A DNA stretch of 64,000 bases from Eledone cirrhosa (taxonomy: Eukaryota). This document shows, one piece after another, positions 55,141 through 64,000 of the stretch. Every line of letters starts with the position of its first letter. Positions within the stretch are counted from its first letter, which is position 1. The translations under genes were made by a program, and so were the position numbers. Below the pieces are notes generated by a model. The model had not been told where the DNA came from. It saw only the letters and a list, made by a program, of their open reading frames with translations, and did no database searches. The stretch is from positions 63,798,001 through 63,862,000 of the forward strand of contig OZ024740.1 in the NCBI GenBank assembly GCA_964016885.1, given 5' to 3'.

Positions 55141-55690
55141 TTATTCCGGGTTCAATCGGGGGTAACCACATTAAATAAGGCACTCAATACATAGCAGAGT
55201 ATAAATATTTTAATATAGAAAAGATTCTACAGGACTAGAACTGTTTCATTCGTGAGAAATCATCAGGAAGCTGACTGTCCAAGTAAATATGGTGGTATTT
55301 ATATATTTTCTGGTGGTAGGAAAGGGTGGGGATTGGGATGGGTGGAGGTCATTGGTTGATGGATTTAAAGAAGAGGGAGTTCATTAAAAGCTAGTTCTTT
55401 AAAGCTATAATTTATATTAACAAAGGCAGAAAGAATACTGTAAACAGGTTCAAATTGGAATACCAATCCTTGTTTATCTCTTAAACTAACAATGCCTGTA
55501 AGTCAGGTGTCTAGAGGATGGGTGGGGTTCATTGGTTTAAAGAAAAGGGAAATTCTTTAGAAGCTAATTCTTTAAGGCTGAAATAAAGGTGACAAAGACA
55601 GAACGGTTCTATAAACAGATTCAAGTGTTGGGGTGCTTCGCCTTATTGTGAAGTTTCTCTTAATTTATATTCCAGGTGTCAACAAGCACA
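55141..55690 (-). mobile_element. Penelope-like element 3' fragment
   Basis: Frameshifted GIY-YIG-like C-terminus (KLRE..IRRSTPTL), pyrimidine-rich UTR and hammerhead motif; flanked by (TA)n and (CA)n. Confidence 0.55.
55222..55272 (-). ncRNA. Type I hammerhead ribozyme candidate
   Basis: AGCUUC-CUGAUGA-UUUC(UCAC)GAAU-GAAA-CAG(UUCUAGUC)CUG-UA-GAAUCU. Confidence 0.55.
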
Positions 55691-56222
55691 TTCACACGCA
55701 CTCACTTACACACGTACACACACACGACAAACAACATATAAATACATACACACACACACATATATATATTTTTTCTAGGGTGGGTAAAATTCCCGAGATC
55801 CATGGACGAGTTCTCTCCAGCGATCTCTGTCCCTCATTATCGCTGCCATGTCCTGCGTCTCCAACAGACCAGTGTCTGTCCTTAGGGCATCAACATACGT
55901 TAACCTTGGTCTTCCTCTTCCAGTGTGTCCGTGTAGGGGCTCCCACAGGAGCACTGAGTGCAATGTCAACTCTGGATGTCGGTGAGCATGTCCAGCTAAC
56001 CTCAGTCTCCTCTGTGTCACTTTTGAGTCTGAGACTTTTGGGAGGCTCCCATACAGCTCTGAGCTTTTCATCCTCAGTGTATACTGATTAATGTTCAGAG
56101 CCATCCCCAGCATTCTCGTGTAGCACCCATCCACCATCTGAGTGCTGTTGTATATATATATATATATATATACACAAACATATATATGTGAGAAAAATCA
56201 CAGACCCTCCATCTCAATTCTA

Positions 56223-56258
56223 CTTTTGAAAAGCAGAAGAACTGCGAAACCGGTAAAG
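56223..56258 (+). ncRNA. Minimal hammerhead ribozyme candidate (U3-A8 core variant)
   Basis: CUU-UUGAAAA-GCAG(AAGAA)CUGC-GAAA-CCGG-UA-AAG. Confidence 0.55.
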
Positions 56259-56659
56259 GAACCAAATAAATATATATTTAAAAGAAAAAAGACTCCAGCT
56301 GCATTTTCAATTTCATCTTCTTTCCTTATACTTTCACTCGTGTAGGACACCTCGGTTATTTTTCATTTTGTAAAAAAAACCTCACTTTCTAATATATATA
56401 TATATATATGTTTGTGCATATATATATATATATATGTTTGTGTGTATATATATATATATACAGATAAATCTACCAATCAATGGTAGGGTCTAAACCGTAT
56501 GAAGAAATCAATGTAATCCGTATGTAGATGTCGTGAAGCAAAGTTTAAAATACAAAATTTTCAACAATATAATTCATTGGATACAGAATCAAAAATAGAA
56601 ATATGAAAACAATGAAATTAAACACAAAACGGTTAATTCATAGTAAAACTCATTATGAA

Positions 56660-56840
56660 TTGGCAGTATCGGTAGAGGGTCGGACGCCATGCTTTCCAGC
56701 ATAGTTATGTCCCTTTACGATCTGAGTTCAAATCCCGTCGAGGTTGACTTTGTCTTTCATCCTTACGGGGTCGATAAAATAAAGTACCAGTAATGCACTG
56801 GGTGTTTGCTGGCCTTGTGCCTAAAGTAGAAACAATTATT
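56660..56840 (+). mobile_element. Deu/Nin-like SINE inserted in the left arm of a palindrome
   Basis: Same family as 6050; absent from the mirrored arm. Confidence 0.82.
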
Positions 56841-57071
56841 TTACGATCGTTTCGGGGGGCGGGGGTAGTTCCCCGTATGCCCATTCAATTATTGATCTAT
56901 GTAAAATATTACAAAATATCTTAGTAAGAAAAAATTAATTCTTACTATGATATTTTCTAATATTTTACATAGATCAATAATTGAATGGGCATACGGGGAA
57001 CTACCCCCCAGAAACGATCGTAAAATAATGAGTTTTACTATGAATTAACCGTTTTGTGTTTAATTTCCTTG

Positions 57072-57141
<70 letters not shown>

Positions 57142-58419
57142 GGTTTGAAGGTTCACCGCTGGATAGAGCTGGTCAATTCCGTATAGTCAATCTTGATGTA
57201 ATAATATCGAGAGTACTCAACGTAAAGCAGCTCAACCGTCTTCGTTTGTGTAGCTGGTGGTGCGAGTACGGAGTTAAATATTATAATATAATTACAGGAG
57301 GCTGGACTTGTGTAAATCCTTGAAAGGTTTATTATACTATGATCATTTCAATGACCGGGTTCCGTTTGAATCCGGTGATATCATCAGGTATTCGAAATAT
57401 AATAAATGAATGTAACAGATAAAATCCACGGGGCTGAAAATCATAGACCCGAGGACGACCGACCATCTAGCATCTTCCACTTTAATATATATATATATAT
57501 ATAATAAGGAGTTGACGGACCCACCATATTTTATCAATGCCAGGACCGTATCTCAGCGTACTCAATAGGTAATGTAGGATACATTCCCAGAGTATATTCG
57601 CTTCAATACAACACACGTAAAACGGGTGCCTATAATATATATATATACAAGTATGATTTTTTCATTAATATATTTGAGTTCCGTCTTTTTTGCTTTTTTA
57701 TATATGATGTGTGAGTGTGTCCAGCTTACATCTAACCAAGCAGACTCAATATGACGAATGCCACATTTCGTACTTAAGAAACACCTTTATGCTATTTCCT
57801 ACTATATACTCACAATGTCAGGGGTGATAACTTAATATAAAATAAGAGTTGTCTCCCTGGATTGTTAATACTGTGCCTATCTTTGTTTTTTTTTTTTATA
57901 TATGAAAGAACAGCCGAACTCCCACTGTCATCGCCTCCATCTCTCTCGCCCTCCCCGTCTCTCCGTATGGTGAGAAAATGGGGCTCCACGCGCTGGCCTC
58001 CCCACAACCCCGGCGGACAGAATGGAGAAGGCGTTTCCCCAGAGGATGGTGATGGAGATGAGCTGTAAGAGCCATTCCAACTCGCGAGGCTCACACCTGA
58101 GGTTGGCCAGCTCTCCCCAAGTTAGTAACTACTCATCATAAAAATTATATAGTATTATCATCTTTTCTCATTTTTCTTCACTAATTACCAACCATGTAAA
58201 CATTAAGGTTTGAAAACTACCGAGCGGATGTTTGGATAAAATTATCAGTATCAAGTATGAAATCAGTGATAGCTTTATATGATGTGTAATAGTTTTATGA
58301 TGTAATTCTATGAACATGTTTCCACCAGGAAATCTTTCGTATCATTGAAATTTCTTTGCTTCTTGCATTTAAATGTTCCACGACTCTCTACCACTTTTCC
58401 TCTACTATAATCTTCTTAC

Positions 58420-58645
58420 ACCACCTTCTTCTCACCCGTCTATTTTTCACTCCCACCCTTGTGCCTTCAATATGCCCAATCTGAAATCTCTTCTCCAATT
58501 CCAATCCGCCCGTCTCCTCAATCTATCTTATTTCTCATTCTTCCTTCTGATGAAGGATTAGCATCCCAAACGTTAATACCCCCGTCCTGCTATATCAAGC
58601 GTTAACCTAATATATCTATTTCATATACTGTACCGATTGTGTTGT
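58420..58645 (+). mobile_element. Penelope-like terminal repeat with a degenerate hammerhead; second copy 54605-54697 (-)
   Basis: CTGATGAAGGA-ttagca-TCC-CAAAC here; GGA-ctagcg-TCC-GAAA in the other copy; ~90 nt shared. Confidence 0.5.
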
Positions 58646-58659
58646 TATTTTTGTTTACC

Positions 58660-58762
<103 letters not shown>

Positions 58763-58953
58763 AGGGGCGGTGGAAGCATTTCTGAATGCTGTGTGTGTGT
58801 ATCAAATTTGGTCAATTTTGTTATGGTGATTAGTTTAGCTCTTTGTACCGTAAAATAGCCAGACAACTTCGATATGCAATAAACATAACGTACATAAATT
58901 GTAGCGCATATCCAAATAGATGTGTGTTTTGGTAGTTTTTGAAGAAAAATATA

Positions 58954-59482
58954 CCGTATATGCCGGCGTACAAGTCCATATTTGGAGCCTAACAATATCT
59001 CTTCAAAACCAGAAGTCGACTTGTCCGTCGAATATAAAATGTGGACCCTTATAACTGAGGTGTAAACAGTGAAACTGCCTACCTAACATTTGTTGTACAC
59101 CACTTACCATAACTCTAGCAGCCACCACAATTATTTCCTACTCAATCTCATATTTGTTAAGTCTATTTAACGTAGAGATTATAATAATATCAATGACTTG
59201 TCGTAGCTCATAAGGTACTCAGTGAGTTAGAAAATTACTTACGACTGAATAATTTTAGAAGAAGCGTCTTAGCCTTTATTTTACAACTATTTAGTGTTTA
59301 TTTCCATATTTTATATTTTGTGTAAATAAAGAATGGCAAGCACATCCAGGGCTAGGGAAATGGTACTGCCTTAATTTTTGGGGTCCTCGTATCCGGCGTA
59401 TATAGGCCTTAATCTGAATTACAACTAAGAAATCTAGGGGTATACATATGCGTTGGATCAACTTGTACGCCGGCATATACGG
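58954..59482. mobile_element. Tc1/mariner-superfamily (Tc2/pogo-like) MITE
   Basis: 22-bp TIR CCGTATATGCCGGCGTACAAGT at both ends; TA TSD. Confidence 0.85.
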
Positions 59483-59672
59483 TAATTATAGGGGACAGGA
59501 CGGGGCATGCCCACCCATCCCCCAGGGCCACCGCACCTGTATATATATATATAATTAAAAAAAAACATTATGCTCGGTATCCTTTCCTAAGGGATTAATA
59601 TATCGAGTTTCTTCGCATTTGGTAATAAACTGATATTATACCCAATTTTTTCATCTCCTATATATATATATG

Positions 59673-59753
<81 letters not shown>

Positions 59754-60029
59754 ATGTAAATGTTATTTTATCGTGTAAACGCAATTTTATCTTTGGTATA
59801 GAAATGAAATAAACGAATTGGCTACTTTGCGGGTTTCGGTAAATTAGAGAAACATGCTTTTTAAGCTTATGTTACCGGTCTCCGGTAAATATAAATAGTG
59901 TGAGTGTTGGGTTTCGGTAAGGGTTAGGGTTAGGGTTACGTTTTAAATTGTCTCTATCATCGGTGGTGAAAATAAATAAACTTCTGTGTTACATCTGTGT
60001 GTTGTTATTTTTAACGTTACATGCCTTCA

Positions 60030-60404
60030 TAATAATTGTTTCTACAATAGGCACAAGGCCAGCAATTATAACAGTGTATTACTGGTACTTTATTTTATCG
60101 ACCCCCGTTAGGATGAAAGGCAAAGTTAACCTCGACGGCATTTGAACTCAGAATAGCAAGGACCGTAACTCTATGCGTCAAAGCAGGGCGTCCGACCCTC
60201 TACCGATACTGCCAATTCACATAATAATTGTTTCTACTTTAGGCACAAGGCCAGCAATTACCCAGTGCATTACTGGTACTTTATTTTATCGACTCCGTAA
60301 GGATAAAAGGCAAAGTTAACCTCGGCGGGATTTGAACTCAGATCGTAAAGGGACGTAACTATGCTGGAAAGCATGGCGTCCGACCATCCACCGATACTAC
60401 CAAT
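60030..60404 (-). mobile_element. Two tandem Deu/Nin-like SINEs
   Basis: Copies at 60030-60218 and 60222-60404. Confidence 0.82.
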
Positions 60405-60409
60405 TCGAT

Positions 60410-61508
60410 TTGGCTTTACCTGCTACCTCTCTTCTAACTCCTCCAGTCACGCTCTCGCCAGTGAGGTTCTCAGCCAGACGGCCGAACCTGACCTGACCCC
60501 TGAGATGGAACAAGCTCTGGCCTACTGGACAGGCGAAGGCCTCTCTGTCCCTCAGTATTGATGGGACGACATCAATTGCAGTTCTCTGTCAGGCGGATCG
60601 AGTCTGGTTTGGACCAACACCGCCTCGCATGTCTCCACCCCGCTTCTGAGCCCAACAGCGGCGTGTGGCTCAATTCGGTGCCCTTCTCATCAACCGGTAC
60701 CCTTCTTGATGATGAGTGCACTCACATCATTGTAGCCCAATGCCTTGGCCTCCGTGTGTGTGAGCCTGCACCCACTGTTTTGCCGCCAGAGCGCAGGCCG
60801 GTTCCCCCGACATGCCGCTTTCAACGACATACTGAGAAGGAGCATGGACGCAGCCGGCTTTCCATCTCAACTGGAGCCAGCAGGCCTAGACCACAGAGAT
60901 GGCAAGCGTCCCGATGGAATCACCTTCCCATTCGAAGGAGGTAGATCCCTCATTTGGGATACCACCTGCTCTGACAAATTCTCCGCCTCCAACTTTGTCA
61001 CTTCAGCCACAAACCCTGGCGTCGCGGTCCGTCTCGCAGAAGAACGAAAAATAAACAGATACCGGGTATTGTCCGGTCGCTTCCTCTTTGCACCGGTCAC
61101 TATCGAGACCTCAGGCATACTTGGAACCTGTACTGCCGAGCTCCTCTGCAAGATCGGAACGTCTGAGGAAGGAGCCTCGAGAGATTGGGTGGCTGTGGTA
61201 GCAGGTGTCACTGGCCATTGTCCGTGGGAATGCTCTGCGGTCTTGTCCACCTGGTGCAGCCTTTCTGCCTCCATGCCCTAGGCCCAAAGCCCAATCACCC
61301 TCCCCCTTCATCCCTCACTTCTCTTCTGCAATACTAGAGTTCTTGCCATCCCCTCCCTTTCTCGTTTTTTCCCTTTCTTTTTATCTGTATTTTTCTATTT
61401 TTTTTCTTTTGTTTCTTTTTCTTTTTTTAATTATTTATTTATTTAATTATACCCTACATGTCGGCCCTTGTGGCCAATAAATGAAATCATTATTATTATT
61501 ATTATTAC
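60410..61508 (+). mobile_element. CRE-clade (RLE) non-LTR 3' fragment
   Basis: SGVWLNSVP; RHAAFNDIL..LEPAGL..DGKRPDG..LIWDTTC..AEERKINRY..FAPVTIETSG; AATAAA and (ATT)n end. Confidence 0.78.
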
Positions 61509-62600
61509 TGTAAATAAAAATTCTACTACTGTATTAAAAAAAAAAAGGTTTTAATTTAAATAGAAATCCTTGAAAATAGGTTGTTTTGTTTCAAAGAACA
61601 AGAGCCACATCTTATATATTTTATGACAAAGAACAGAAATTGTGAAGTCTGCAGTAGCTTGACCAGTAAAGCCTGCACATACATACTTCTATTGCAATAG
61701 TTGCTCAAAGAAAATATACCTTTACACCAAGGGTTATTTTTTTTTATTAATATGTAACGGAATTCTCCTATAAATTACCCGGCGAAGATTCGAAAACGAA
61801 TCTAAGAGTTCTCGCATCTGGGACCACTTATTGTTGGGGGTTCCCACCATTGTCTTGTCAAGACAATGGTGGGAACCCCCAACAATATGTTTTTCACTAA
61901 TCTTTCATCTTCCTGTTATTTCACGTCTATTATATCGTTGTATTGATACATGCATATACGCTAACTCAAAGTAGCTAGCTAGCAAATAATTGTTTCTATT
62001 TTAGGCACAAGGCCAATAATGTAGTGATAATTGTTGCCACAAGTTTATTACTCGATGCTCAATGTACCAACAAGTGAATATTGTTATTGTAAAATAAACA
62101 TTGTCAACATCACAATTATGGCATTATTCTTTTTATCATTCATCCCGAAAAGGAATACATTATCCACTACAAATATCATTGTGAAGTTTACATATAAAGT
62201 AGTTCCAAATAGTGTTGGATATTATCTTGGAGTCACTCTGGATCTTATGCCATAACTTTTATATTTATTCACAAATTCTTAAATAAATTTGCTGGATTAT
62301 CTAAAACTGAATGTAAATTCACAATTTAATTATCTGAACAGTACCAACATAACATGTATATTTTAAATATGAAAAAGAAATAACTTGCTGCCTATTATTC
62401 ACTTGCTATAGACATGTAATATCAATAACAAATATAGTATTAAATTAATGTTGTAAAAAAGTTTACAATTACCTACCTACATTTTTAAAAGCCACACAAA
62501 CAACAGAATTTGCTGCTTTTCAAGAAACTAAAAATATTTCTTCAACAAAAATAATTTTTTTTTAATACTTTGACATTTTGTGATTTCGAATGAAACATGC

Positions 62601-62743
<143 letters not shown>

Positions 62744-63227
62744 ATATAAGATCAAAAGATGGTTAAAGGAGTTCAATATATTTTATTATGCGCATTTCAA
62801 AAACAAACATCATCAAACAATAATATTTGTGTTTTCATCAGAAATATTATTGTTTGATGATGTTTGTTTTTGAAATGCGCATAATAAAATATATTGAACT
62901 CCTTTAACCATCTTTTGATCTTATATTATGCATACTCCAGTCCCACAAACTGTAGAGTGCTTCTTATCCGATATCTGCATTGCTTTATTGTACTACAATA
63001 AAACTCACCTCCTACATTATATATATATATATATATATAAATGTGGCTTCAGTTTCTTTTTTTTTGTATTTTGAAAGAATAAATATGATTGTTATTGCAG
63101 ATACCCTACAATAGATATTACCAAAATTTGATACAAACTTCTGCACAATAAAGCATCTTAGCTATATGGAAGGATGGAAACTTTAAAGACAGGAAATGTC
63201 AACATCAGTTGAAATTGTAGTGCTTAT

Positions 63228-63269
63228 TCAAAGATTAATCTGTCCACAAACGATACCTCCATTGACTAC
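63228..63269 (-). CDS. Probable terminal coding exon of a gene starting beyond the window
   Basis: Strong U-rich tract ending ttcAG at 63271-63270; phase 0 reads VVNGGIVCGQINL*, phase 1 reads xSQWRYRLWTD*. Product not recognised. Confidence 0.35.
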   Translation of the reverse strand, partial: VVNGGIVCGQINL

Positions 63270-64000
63270 CTGAAATAAATAAAAAATAAAAAAGAGAAAA
63301 TATGTTTAAGATATCTGAAGTGCAGAATTAAAAATTAAAAATTCATTTATTTATTTAGATTGAACAAAATTGAAAAATGAACGAATAATTTAATATACTC
63401 ATTTCTGATGTTAGAGTGACATATGGAAATATAAAATGCTGCTTTTGAAGAAACCAAGTTAATAATTGTAAAAGAAATTGACATTAATTTAAACCAAATT
63501 TATTGCGACTGTATTTCGTAATAAAACTGAGACATTTTAACCAAAATACCTAATCTATTTTACCATAACTTAATCTATTTTATAAAATGCAGAATCTGTT
63601 AGGAATATTTGTGAATTCATATTTTCAAAGTAAAAATCACTAAACAATTTATATTTTGTAGTAAAACAGACTTTTTACAAAGAAATATCTCAAAATACTA
63701 TATTTTAATAATTGTAGAAGATATTAGGGACATTTCTGAGCATGTCTGGCTGAAACAAAATGATAATTTATATTTATATAACAAAAAGATATATTTATAA
63801 CAATATATTTATAACAGATATATTTATAACAAAAAGATAATTTATATTTTCTAAGATAAGTGAAATAACATAAGAAGCTGTTTTCTCAAGAAATATGAGA
63901 AATCTAAAAATAGCAAAATTTTCATCTTAACTGCTTTTGTGTGACTTACAGAAATAATAAATGCTGCTTTTGGAGCAACCAAGTCAATAATTCTATAGAA

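Noticed and set aside
59915-59940. TTAGGG repeats as a telomere remnant
   Set aside because: Only two to three units; too short to support.

Overview
AT-rich, repeat-dense animal genomic DNA. The SINE and LINE families and the long (TA)n tracts suggest an octopodid cephalopod (inference, not tested). The first ~27.9 kb holds the 5' part of a U2AF2 (U2AF65, large subunit of U2 auxiliary factor) gene on the minus strand. Seven coding exons splice in frame with GT-AG boundaries and encode the RS domain, ULM, RRM1 and the start of RRM2; the gene runs off the left edge. Its introns and the rest of the window are mostly mobile DNA: a young RTE-clade LINE (one copy with an uninterrupted ~1044-aa APE+RT ORF and a PHD-type zinc finger inside the RT region), older RTE families, tRNA-derived SINEs, hAT and Tc1/mariner-type MITEs, and piggyBac, Copia, Tx1/L1, CR1, R4/Dong, CRE and Penelope-like remnants. 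Also present are a decayed NHL/beta-propeller-like pseudogene and a probable terminal exon of another gene at the right edge. Best leads: (i) a 48-50-nt module of an H-type pseudoknot plus a hairpin with a CUGUAAA loop, arrayed in LINE 3' UTRs and SINE bodies; (ii) the PHD finger inside the RT; (iii) a ~130-nt polypyrimidine tract between two candidate 3' splice sites in the U2AF2 5' UTR; (iv) hammerhead ribozyme motifs in Penelope-like termini; (v) a hAT MITE at the exact apex of a ~760-bp palindrome. All calls are by eye; no database search was run.
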